A stretch of DNA of 64,000 nt from Mobula hypostoma (GCF_963921235.1 NC_086101.1:5022001-5086000), one strand, 5' to 3'; positions 52,387-61,813 are shown, numbered from the stretch's first letter. Notes: generated by a model from the letters alone, not told the origin. Numbers and translations are program-made.

Positions 52387-52481
52387 CACACGCAGAATGC
52401 TGGAGAACTTCAGCAGGTCAGGCAGCCTCTATGGAGAGGAATAAATGGTCGACATTTCGGGCTGAGTCCCTTCCTCAGGAT
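52387..52481 (-). mobile_element. Penelope-like element terminal fragment with hammerhead core (antisense to the gene)
   Basis: Reverse complement reads atc-CTGAGGA-A-GGG-actcag-CCC-GAAA-TGTC-gaccat...gctgcctgacctgctgaagttctccagc, homologous to 56654-56742. Confidence 0.8.
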
Positions 52482-52514
52482 TTTTATCTATCCTGAGTAT
52501 CCCAAGATACTGCT

Positions 52515-52652
52515 GGGTAACAAGCCGTTCGAACTTGTGCTACCCAATTACAGCCATGACCAATTAACCTAGTAACCAGTACGTCTTTGGACTGTGGGGG
52601 GTAACCAGAAGAAACTCACATGGTCATAGGGAGAACATATAAAGTCCTTACA
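52515..52652 (-). mobile_element. V-SINE fragment (inverted relative to 52165-52298)
   Basis: Reverse complement gtaaggactttatatgttctccctatgacca...cccacagtccaaagacgtactggttactaggttaattgg...gtaattggg. Confidence 0.65.
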
Positions 52653-52808
52653 GTCAACTTATGCCGTAAAGCGTTATGCCAACCGCTACCCCCCCCCAAA
52701 ACCAGCCTTCCTAATTGCCTGCTGTATCTGCGCGCTCACCCTTTGTGTATCATTGCTCGAGTATCCGTGAGGATAACACACCTGCTTCTCTCCTCTCTCC
52801 CACGACAG

Positions 52809-53171
52809 AGAGGGTAGAACAGTTCAAGGTCACAGGGCCGGCGCAGGCCATCGTGGCCATGGTTCAGAGCGTGGCTGTCCTGGAGTGTCAGCTGATCCCG
52901 GAGAACATGCCACCCAGCATGGAGATACGCTGGATGCGCAGTGACACCAAGGCGAGCACCATCGTCCACCTGTACCGCAACGGCAAGGATGTGGTGGAGG
53001 GCCAGGACGAGGCTTACCGGGGCCGCACCGAGCTCTTCAAGGATGACTTCCAGAAGGGCAATGTCTCGCTCAGGTTGAGTGGTGTGCGGCTGGCCGATGA
53101 GGGGGAATACTTGTGTATGGTGGAGTATAACAGAGTCCCCGAGCAGGCTCTTGTTCCACTGAAGGTTTCCA
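52809..53171 (+). CDS. Butyrophilin-like gene exon 3: IgV domain
   Basis: Acceptor cttctctcctctctcccacgacag|AG and donor TCCA|GTAAGT; 363 bp, phase 1-1. Peptide QFKVTGPAQAIVAMV..VAVLEC..MEIRW...VHLYRNGKD....QDEAYRGRTELFKDDFQKGNVSLRLSGVRLADEGEYLC matches the BTN/MOG/B7 V-set signature (B- and F-strand Cys, C-strand Trp, D-x-G-x-Y-x-C, NVS sequon). Confidence 0.96.
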
Positions 53172-53259
53172 GTAAGTTTCTCGGATACCTTGTCTCTGTC
53201 CCAACTTCCTCTCTAATCTAATATTTGTCTCCCGAGATCATTCCTGTGAACCTCCTCTC

Positions 53260-53520
53260 GACCCTCTCCAATGCTAACACGTCGTTTCTGGGGCCCAAAA
53301 TTGCTCTCGATACTCCGTGTGGTCCGACCAATCCCTTGTATATCCTTGCTCTTTTATTTCAGTCCTCTCAAAATAAATGCCAATGTTGCATTTGCCTTCC
53401 CTACCGCTGATTCGACCTGCAAGTTCATCCTGCACGAGGACTCCCAAGTCTCTTTGAATTTTCTCCCTGTTTAGAAAGTAGTCTAGGCCTCTATTCCTTC
53501 TACCAAAGTGCAAGATCATA
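53260..53520 (-). mobile_element. Decayed CR1 fragment
   Basis: CMILHFGRRNRGLDYFLNREKI.QRDLGVLVQD... Confidence 0.75.
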
Positions 53521-53669
53521 CACATCCCATATCTCTCTCCCCCATATCAATCTGTCCTGACAACCCTCTCCCTCCCTCCCTGCATCTCCAAACCTCTCTT
53601 TTCCCCCAGTTTAATTCATTCTGGCCTTCTCTTCAGGCTCCTGTACCTCCTCTTAGGTGGTAACATGAG

Positions 53670-53990
53670 AACAGGGCATGTCCTGGACGGTGAAGGCCCT
53701 TAATGGCGGATGCCGCAAATTTGAGTCATTGCCTTTTGAAAGGCGGGGTGGCTGGTGGCCTCGATGGAGCTGTCTGAGTTTGCAGCTTTCTGCAGCTTTT
53801 TCCGATCCTGCGCAGTGGCCCCTCCGTACCAGGCAGCGAGGCAGCCAGTCTGCAGAGGATACAGACGCGGCCTGCTCCCTCGTGGGCCCCGAGCCTCCTC
53901 AGCATCCAGGACACCTTCAAAAGGCAATGCCTGAAGGTGGTGACATTCTACATCAGGGAGGAGATTCAAGATCCTTTAGTGTTACTTCCA
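53670..53990 (-). mobile_element. Rex1/Babar-like fragment
   Basis: TGCLAAWYGGATAQDRKKLQKAAN, typical of the Rex1-type ORF C-terminal region. Confidence 0.7.
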
Positions 53991-54079
53991 GTACACAGAT
54001 GAAATAACAATTACGCTGGATTCCATGCGGCACAAAATAAAACACAACAAGATAAAGAACACAATAATTTTTTAAAAAA

Positions 54080-54312
54080 GCAGGAGGTATAAGAGCCCGA
54101 AGACACACATGAAGACATGTTTTAGGACCAGCTTCTTCCCCTCCACCATCACATTTCTAAAAGGTCCACGGACACCACTTCACTATTTTGCTATATTTAT
54201 TTTAACATAGATTCTTATTTTAATTGATAGTGATTTTTACGTCTTGCACTGACTGTACTGCTGTGGCAAGACAACAAATTTCACAACAAATGTCAGTGAT
54301 ACTAAACCTGAT
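54080..54312 (+). mobile_element. Rex1/Babar-like LINE 3' end abutting the IgC acceptor
   Basis: aggaggtataagagcccgaagacacac...ttttaggaccagcttcttcccctc...tgtactgctg..gcaagacaacaaatttcac...tgtcagtgatactaaacctgatt. Family assignment is from recall. Confidence 0.55.
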
Positions 54313-54326
54313 TTGCCTCTTCACAG

Positions 54327-54599
54327 GCCTGGGCCTCCAACCTTCCATTCAGTTGAAAGGTTACGAAGGCAATGGGATCAAGATCCAGTGCAGCTCCTCT
54401 GGCTGGTACCCCGAACCCAGTATTCTGTGGACCAGAAGCGGAGAGCAGGAGGTGAAGGCCGAGTCCCAGACGACAAAGGACCTGGATGGCTTCTACCGCA
54501 TCGCCAGCTCCTTGAAGGTGATGAGTGACATGACCGACGTCAAGTGCAGGGTGAAGGCTGGCACGCTGAAGGTACTGACGTCCAGGCTGAGGATCCCAG
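54327..54599 (+). CDS. Butyrophilin-like gene exon 4: IgC (C1/C2-set) domain
   Basis: Acceptor tttgcctcttcacag|GC and donor CCAG|GTCAGT; 273 bp, phase 1-1. A|GC gives Ser in frame with exon 3. Peptide LGLQPSIQLKGYEGNGIKIQCSSSGWYPEPSILW...DLDGFYRIASSL...VKC matches the BTN IgC pattern (G..P.I, C.S.GWYP.P..W). Confidence 0.95.
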
Positions 54600-54924
54600 G
54601 TCAGTCCAGAGATGAGGAACGAACTGGTGGTGGGGAGAGGGCACTGTGGGCATAAACCGGGGGATGGTGTCTGGGTGAATGCCACTGGCAGGGCAGGAGA
54701 GAGGCTGTGGTGTCATCACAACCGGTCTCATGCAGCTCGGTGAATCTGCAACCCAACAGATACGTCATTGTCGCATGTAGCAGGCTGGGGAAAGTTCAAG
54801 TCCAATTTATTGTCATTCAGGCATACACGTGTACCGTCAAACGAAACAATGCTTCTCTGGAGCAAGGTACACAATACAGTACATGTAACTCACACAAATA
54901 ACACACAAGGTAACAGTTATTTGA

Positions 54925-55620
54925 TCTTTATGTACCATGTTGTATGACATGGGTGGTCATGGTCTTTCCATGACCATTATTAGAACCATAGAACCATAGA
55001 AACTACAGCACAGAAACAGGCCTTTTGGCCCTTCTTGGCTGTGCCGAACCACTTTCTGCCTAGTCCCACTGACCTGCACACGGACCATATCCCTCCATGT
55101 ATCTGTCCAATTTATTCTTAAATGTTAAAAAAGAACCTGCATTTACCACCTCGTCTGGCAGCTCATTCCATACTCCCACCACTCTCTGTGTGAAGAAGCC
55201 GCCCCCAAATGTTCCCTTTAAACTTTCCCCCCCCTCACCCTTAACCCATGTCCTCTGGTTTTTTTCTCCCCTTGCCTCAGTGGAAAAAGCCTGCTTGCAT
55301 TCACTCTATCTATACCCATCATAATTTTTAGCAAACTTTTCTACAGAAGTGGTTTGCCATTGCCACTTTCTGGGCAGTGCCTTTATAAGATGGGTGACCC
55401 CCCCCCCCAGCCGTCGTCAATACTCTTCAGAGATTGTCTGCCTGGTGTTAGTGGTCTTGTGATATGCTCCTATGACCGTCCACCACCGGCTCCCATGCCT
55501 GCACGGGACCCTGATCAGGGGACTAAGCGGTTGTTTCATCTTGGCCAAGGGTGAGCTGCAGGTTAGCAGAGGGAAGTAGCACCTTGTATCTCTCCTCGGT
55601 AGAGATACATCTCCTCCCCA
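54925..55620 (-). mobile_element. RTE-related SINE-like repeat, interrupted by a CR1 tail fragment
   Basis: Minus strand ggcaatggcaaaccacttctgtagaaaag resembles the GGCAAACCACT motif of RTE-related SINEs (recall). The host sequence stops at ...catgaccattat (54980) and resumes at gcaaacttttctacag (55331). Confidence 0.45.
54981..55330 (-). mobile_element. CR1 3' fragment with (CATAGAAC)n tail
   Basis: tagaaccatagaaccatagaaactacagcacagaaacaggcc...cattccatactcccaccactctctgtgtgaagaag... Confidence 0.85.
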
Positions 55621-55719
55621 AAGTAGTACTACCGTAAATAAGTTAGCAAGTGTTAAGGTGCATTTTTGACACGAGGTAGAAAGTGAACAGTGTAATGCTA
55701 CTGATGTTTCATTACGTGG

Positions 55720-55980
55720 TGAGACCTGGGTGGTGGCTGGGTGGAGTCCCGGTAGCCGCACAGTCTGGGGGAAAGAGCAGTCCTGAGCACATCCTGCCTG
55801 ATGGAGGGGTCTGCTGGACTGATGGGAGGGATCATTGCCGATGCTGAGGCCCCTGCACGCACAGCGCTGATGGTGAAGATGTGGTGGGTGGAAGAGAAAC
55901 CCTGGTGGGCCTGGCGATTTCCGTACCAGACAGTAATGCAACTGCTCAGGACACTCTCGGTGATACTTGCCTAAAGATGG
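55720..55980 (-). mobile_element. Rex1/Babar-like decayed fragment
   Basis: Minus strand gagagtgtcctgagcagttgcattactgtctggtacggaaat translates as ESVLSSCITVWYGN. Confidence 0.65.
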
Positions 55981-56220
55981 ATGTGGTTCCGAGCTGTGCC
56001 AACTTGATAACATCGAACAGCACAGGTCCTATGGCCCACAGTGCTGGCCACTTAATTGCTAATTTAACTGGACTGGCACAACATTCTGGGCCGAAAGGCC
56101 TGATTCTGTGCTATTGTATGTTTTCTGTTTCACCTACTCTAAGATCAATTTAATCCTCATTTTGTACATAGCCCTGCATTTTTCTTTCATCCTTGTGCCC
56201 AAGAGTCTCCTACATATCCC

Positions 56221-56742
56221 TTCAATTTCCATTTCAGCTGTTTCCCATTCCCATTCGGATATGTCCATACATGGCCTCCTCTACTGCCATGATGAGGCTA
56301 ACCTCAGGTTGGAGGAGCAACACCTCATATACCGTCTAGGTAGTCTCCAGCCCCTTGGTATGAACATTGAATTCTCCAGCTTCTGGTAATTCCCTCCCCC
56401 TCCCTTCCCCTATCCCTATGTCACTCTGCTCCCTCCCCCAGCTGCCTATCACCTCCCTCGTGGTTCCGCCTCCTTCTACTACCCATTGTGTTTTTCCCTA
56501 TTCCTTCTTCACCTTTCCTGCCTAACCCCTCCCTGCTTCCCCTCCTCCACCCCTTTATCTTTCCCCTTACTGGTTTTTCACCTGGAACCTACCAGCCTTC
56601 TCCTTCCCACCCTCCCCCCACCTTCTTCATAGGGCCTCTGCCCCTTCCCCCTACAGTCCTGACGAAGGGTTCCGGCCCGAAATGTTGACTGATCGTTTCC
56701 GCGGATGCTGCCCGACCTGCTGAGTTCCTCCAGCGTGTTGTG
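56221..56742 (+). mobile_element. Penelope-like retroelement 3' fragment (GIY-YIG C-terminus + 3' UTR)
   Basis: SHSHSDMSIHGLLYCHDEANLRLEEQHLIYRLGSLQPLGMNIEFSSFW* (stop 56387-56389), then a pyrimidine-rich UTR, a hammerhead motif and gatgctgcccgacctgctgagttcctccagc. Confidence 0.85.
56654..56691 (+). ncRNA. Minimal type I hammerhead ribozyme motif (Penelope-associated)
   Basis: CAGTC-CTGACGA-A-GGG(TTCCGG)CCC-GAAA-TGTT-GACTG. Helix I CAGTC/GACTG is perfect, the core boxes CUGANGA and GAAA are present, helix II is GGG/CCC, helix III is ATGT (from palindromic ACGT), and the cleavage triplet is GUU. Confidence 0.75.
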
Positions 56743-56749
56743 AGGGTTT

Positions 56750-57020
56750 CTTAAATATCCCTGTTGTATCTCACTCTACCACCACCTCTGGTAGGACGTT
56801 CCATGTGCTCACCATTCTCTGTGTGAAGAACTTCCTCGGATGTCCCCCTGCCATACTGCCCTCCCATCACCCTAAAATTGTGCTCCCTTGATTTGGCCAT
56901 TTCCGGCCTGTGGAAAAAGCCTTTGGTTGTCCACTTGTCATCTACCTCTCACCCTGGTTGTCCACTTGTCATCTACCTCTCACCCTGGTTGTCCACTTGT
57001 CATCTACCTCTCACCCTCAT
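56750..57020 (-). mobile_element. Old CR1 3' fragment
   Basis: accaccacctctgg.ag..cgttccat...caccattctctgtgtgaagaacttcc...ggaaaaag, the same pattern as the other minus-strand CR1 3' ends. Confidence 0.7.
56924..57016. repeat. Perfect 3 x 31 bp tandem repeat
   Basis: TGGTTGTCCACTTGTCATCTACCTCTCACCC starting at 56924, 56955 and 56986 with no mismatches. Confidence 0.97.
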
Positions 57021-57089
57021 TGAGTGATAGCTCAACCTATCGCTGAATGGAGGTGGTGGTGCGGACAGTCCGGGAGGCTGCCGTCGGTT

Positions 57090-57715
57090 ACAACGGAACA
57101 TTGGCAGGATGCAAAGCTGGACTGAGAATCCGGAGGTGTGTCAGTTTGGAAGGTCGAATTGGAAGGCAGGATAATGGCAGGATTTTTAGCCGTGTGGAGG
57201 AACAGAGGGATCTGGGTGTCCACGTCCATCGAGTCAAGTGGATAGGGTGGTTAAGAAGGCGTACGGTGGGTTGGCCTTCATTAGTTGGGGGATCACGTTC
57301 AGGAGCCGCGAGGTAACGTTGCAACTCTATAAAACTCTGGTTAGACCACACGTTCATTTCTGGTCACCTCCTATCTGAAGGGTGTGGAAGCTTTAGAGAG
57401 GGTGCAGAGGAGGTTTACCAGGATGCCGTCTGGATTGGAGAGCACGTCTTATGAGGAAAGGTTTAGTGAGCTAGAGCTTTTCTCTTAGAAGCAAAGGAGG
57501 ATGAGAGGTGACTTTAAAAGAGGCGTAGATCAAGTGCTTTTCCTCAGGGTAGAAATGGCTAATACAAGGAGGATTAATTTTAAAAAGGTAATTTGAGGAA
57601 AATATAGTTGGGGGGGGATGTCAGGGGTAGGTTTTTTAAACACGGACAGTGGTGGGTGCACGGAATGCCTTGCTGGGGGGTGGTGGTGGAGGCAGATACA
57701 TTAGGAACATTCAAG
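57090..57715 (+). mobile_element. Decayed CR1 (element C, 5' part; resumes at ~61040-61143)
   Basis: NGRIFSRVEEQRDLGVHVH...LYKTLVRPH...ALERVQRRFTRM...VVEADTLGTFK. The sequence breaks at attcaag|acataagacc. Confidence 0.8.
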
Positions 57716-60700
57716 ACATAAGACCATAAGATATAGGAGCAGAAGTGGGCCATTCGGTCCATCGAGTCTGCTCTGCCATTCAATCATGGGCTGATCCAAT
57801 TTTTCCAGTCACCCCCACTCCCCTGCTTTTACCCCATACCTTTTGATGCCCTGGCTAATCAAGAACCTATCTATCTCTGCCTTAAATACACCCAATGACC
57901 TTGCCTCCACAGCCGCTCGTGGCAACAAATTCCACAGATTTGCCACCCTCTGACTAAGTAATTTCTCTGCATCTCTGTTCTAAATTGACGTCCTTCAATC
58001 CTGAAGTCGTGCCCTCTTGTTCTAGCATCTCCTACCATGGGAAATAACTTTGCTATATCTAATCTGTTCAGACCTTTTAACAATCTGAATGTTTCTATGA
58101 GATCCCCCCTCATTCTCCTGAACTCCAGGGAATACAGCCCAAGAGCTGCCAAACGTTCCTCATACGGTGACCCTTTCATTCCTGGAATTATCCTCGTGAA
58201 TCTTCTCTGAACCCTCTCCAATGTCAGTATATCCTTTCTTAAATATGAGCCCAAAACTGCACAAAATACTCCAAGTGTGGTCTCACGAGTGCTTTATAGA
58301 GCCTCAACATCACATCCCTGCTCTTATATTCTATACCTCTAGAAATGAAAGCCAACATTGCATTCACCTTCTTCACAACCGATTCAACCTGGAGGTTAAC
58401 CCTTAGGGTATCCTGCACAAGGACTCCCAAGTCCCTTTGCATCTCTGCATTTTGAATTCTCTCCCCATCTAAATAATAGTCTGCCTGTTTACTTCTTCCA
58501 CCAAAGTGCATGACCATACACTTTCCAACATTGAATTTCATTTGCCACTTCTTTGCCCATTCCCCTAAACTATTTAAGTCTTTCTGTAGGTTCTCTGTTT
58601 CCTCAACACTACTCACTCTTCCACCTATCTTTGTATCATCAGCAAATTTAGCCACAAATTCATTAATACCGTAGTTGAGAATATAGAACATAGAACAGTA
58701 CAGGCCCTTCAGCCCACAGTGTTGTGCCGACCCTCAAACCCTGCCTCCCATGTAACCTCCCACCTTAAATTCTTCCATATACCTGTCTAGTAGTCTCTTA
58801 AACTTCACTAGTGTATCTGCCTCCACCACTGACTCAGGCAGTGCATTCCACGCACCAACCACTCTCTGAGTAAAAAACCTTCCTCTAATATCCCCCTTGA
58901 ACTTCCCACCCCTTACCTTAAAGCCATGTCCTCTTGTATTGAGCAGTGGCGCCCTGGGGAAGAGGCGCTGGCTGTCCACTCTATCTATTCCTCTTATTAT
59001 CTTGTACACCTCTATCATGTCTCCTCTCATCCTCCTTCTCTCCAAAGAGTAAAACCCTAGCTCCCTTAATCTCTGATCATAATGCATACTCTAAACCAGG
59101 CTACATCCTAGTAAATCTCCCCTGTACCCTTTCCAGTGCTTCCACATCCTTCCTATAGTGAGGTGACCGGAACTGGACACAGTACTCCAAGTGTGGCCTA
59201 ACCAGAGTTTTATAGAGCTGCATCATTACCTCGTGACTCTTAAACTCTATCCCTCGACTTATGAAAGCTAACACCCCATAAGTTTTCTTAACTACTCTAT
59301 CCACCTGTGAGGCAACTTTCAGGGATCTGTGGACATGTACCCCGAGATCCCTCTGCTCCTCCACACTACCAAGTATTCTGCCATTTACTTTGTACTCTGC
59401 CTTGGAGTTTGTCCTTCCAAAGTGTACCACCTCACACTTCTCCGGGTTGAACTCCATCTGTCACTTCTCAGCCCACTTCTGCATCCTATCAATGTCTCTC
59501 TGCAATCTTTGACAATCCTCTACACTATCTACAACACCACCAACCTTTGTGTCGTCTGCAAACTTGCCAACCCACCCTTCTACCCCCACATCCAGATCGT
59601 TAATAAAAATCACAAAAAGTAGAGGTCCCAGAACATTGACAAACATCGTAAAAAGCAGTGGTCCCAATACCGACCCCTTTGGAACGCCACTGGTAATCGA
59701 CAGCCAACCAGAATAGGATCGCTTTATTCCCACTCTCTGATTTCTGCTGACCAGCCAATGCTCCACCCACGCTAGTAATTTACCTGTGATTCCATGGGCT
59801 CTTATCTTGCAAAGCAGCCTCATGTGTGGAACCTTGTCAAAGGTCTTAAAATCAAAGTACACCATGTCTACTGCATCTCCTTTGTCTACCCTGCTTGAAA
59901 CTTCCTCAAAGAATTGCAATAGGTTAGTCAGGCAGGATTTTCCTTTCAGGAAACCATGCTGGCTTTGGTCTATCTTGTCATGTGCCTCCAGCTACTCCGT
60001 AATCTCATCCCTAACAATCAATTCCAACAACTTCCCAACCACTGATGTCAGGCTAACAGGTCTATAGTTTCCTTTCTGCTGCCTCCCACCCTTATTAAAT
60101 AGCAGAGTAACATTCACAATTTTCCAGTCATCCGGTACAATGCCAGAATCCATCGATTCTTGAAAGATCATTGTTAATACCTCCGTAATCTCTCCAGCTA
60201 CTTCCTTCAGAACCTGAGGGTGCATTCCATCAGGTCCAGGAGATTTATCCACCCTTAGACTATTAGGCTTCCTGAGCGCCTTCTCAGTCATAATTTTCAC
60301 TACACATACTTCATCTCCCTGACACTCTTGAATGCCCGGTATACTGCAGATGTCTTCCACTGTGAAGACTGATGCAAAATGCGCATTCAGTTCCTCTGCC
60401 ATCTCTGCTTCTCTCATTACAATATCTCCAGCGTCATTTTCTATTGGTCCTATATCTACCCTCAACTCTTTTACCCTTTAATGTGGTACTCTCAGCCACA
60501 CATTAATTCGCCTGATCACGATATTCTTGCACTCACTAGCACATGGCACAGGCAACAACCCTGAGATTACTACCCTCAAGGTCCAGCTTTTCAGCTTCCT
60601 ACCCGACTCTCTGAATTTTCTCTTCAGGACCTCCTCCCTTTTTCTACCTATGTCATTATTACCAACTTGTATCAAGACTGCTGGTTGTTCACCCTCTCCC

Positions 60701-61040
60701 TTCAGAATACTCAGCACCGGATCCGAGACATCCCGTACCCTGGCACCTGGGAGACAACACACCATGCGGGTATCTTTATCAGGCTGACAGAACCTCCTGT
60801 CTGTTCCCCTGACTATGAAATCCCCTATGACTACCGCATTCCTCATCATCTTCTCTCCCTTCTGCGCCACGGAACCAGGCTCAGTGCCAGGGACCCCATC
60901 GCCATGGTCGTCCTCTGTCAGGTCACCCCCCTCAACAACATCCAAAATGAGATAACGATTACTGAGGGGAATGGCCACAGGGGTGCTCTCTACTATTGGA
61001 GCTCTTTTTTCGCTTCCCTGACCGTCACCCGCTTATCTAA
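57716..61040 (-). mobile_element. CR1 element B: tail + ORF2 RT pieces + internal deletion + ORF1 esterase fragment; contains nested element A
   Basis: Tail acataagaccataagatatagg and RT pieces 57871-58675 and 59635-60465 (KFADD, GVPKGSVLGP, KSPGPDG). The ORF1 SGNH-esterase motifs AVVIGDFIVRG, CLPGARVRDV, VGNNDIG and VVISGLLPVP at 60480-60980 are joined directly to ORF2 at ~60480. Confidence 0.88.
58676..59634 (-). mobile_element. CR1 element A (different subfamily, 5'-truncated) nested in B
   Basis: Tail atatagaacatagaacagtacagg. Near-continuous coding VLGPLLFVIFINDLDVGVEGWVGKFADD...LVRPHLEYCVQF...FFTQRVVGAWNALP with a few frameshifts. Confidence 0.9.
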
Positions 61041-61143
61041 CACACTGGTCACATTAATGTAAGAAAAATGGAGGGAAGGTAGATTAAAAGGTCAGCACAA
61101 CATTGTGGGCTGAAGGGCCTGTACTGTGCTGTTGTGTTCTATG
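61040..61143 (+). mobile_element. CR1 element C, 3' remainder and tail
   Basis: cacattaatgtaagaaaaatggaggg...gtcagcacaacattgtgggctgaagggcctgtactgtgctgttgtgttctatg. Confidence 0.75.
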
Positions 61144-61309
61144 CCCGTGGTCAGTGTGTCTTCAAGAGTGCATCCTGCAGGCTGGGTGTGTGCAGGTGCA
61201 CCACACACAGGTTTCGTGCGGACATGGATGTTGTTATAGCTGATGGGAGTGGGGATAACCTCCCATGATCTGTTAAGTGTTCTCAGTGGCGTACGTCTCA
61301 AATAGATTC

Positions 61310-61700
61310 TGACAACCATGTCCAGCTCCTGGCCTTCACGTGTGGCTTGGCTGCTCAGCCTGACAAAACCATTTCTACTGACGGAAGAAGGGGCAAAGGC
61401 ACTTTAAAAACCAGCTGCCTCAGCCTTCTCACCTAGGAGAAGGAAAGCTCTGGTCTCAAACCTCCGCCGCCTTGCAGCTGGACCCCCTCATGGAGAAGGC
61501 TTCGGGAGTAAACCCCGAGGGGGAGAGAACCGGTGCTGGAGTCCCTACATGGAGTCTAGTGCTAACTGGCAATTCCTGCGACACCACTGGGGCCAAACTG
61601 GATGGGTCTCTGCCATTTCTTTGGGTTGATCGGATGCGCGGGGGTGGGCTCCCCATACCATACCATCTTGGCTTGCATATGACGGCTAGGACACAGCATT
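61310..61700 (+). mobile_element. Possible RTE-related interspersed repeat (5' UTR-like)
   Basis: catggagaaggcttcgggagtaaaccccgaggg...gctggagtccc...aactggcaattcctgcgac is reminiscent of RTE-type 5' regions. Recall only. Confidence 0.3.
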
Positions 61701-61813
61701 GGTGGTGGACCCTGAACAACAGAGGGTGAGTCTGAGCAAGTCAGTGGGATGTCAGGCAATGGGAACCAGTTTTAGGGAACATGGGGTTGCCCAGTGCAAG
61801 ACACGGGGATATA

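Noticed and set aside
52715-52808. MPAVSARSPF... as the N-terminus of the IgV ORF (likewise MIVIFTS... for the IgC ORF at 54224)
   Set aside because: These are intronic read-ins upstream of clear splice acceptors. The true N-terminus is in exon 2.
52809-54599. Assigning a gene symbol such as BTN1A1, BTN3A, MOG, CD276 or VTCN1
   Set aside because: The family is clear, but orthology cannot be established without phylogeny and the downstream domains.
61144-61310. Candidate transmembrane exon in the unassigned stretch (weak acceptors cttcaag, cctgcag, gtgcag)
   Set aside because: Weak polypyrimidine tracts, no 20-residue hydrophobic segment, and an early stop in the phase-1 frame tested.
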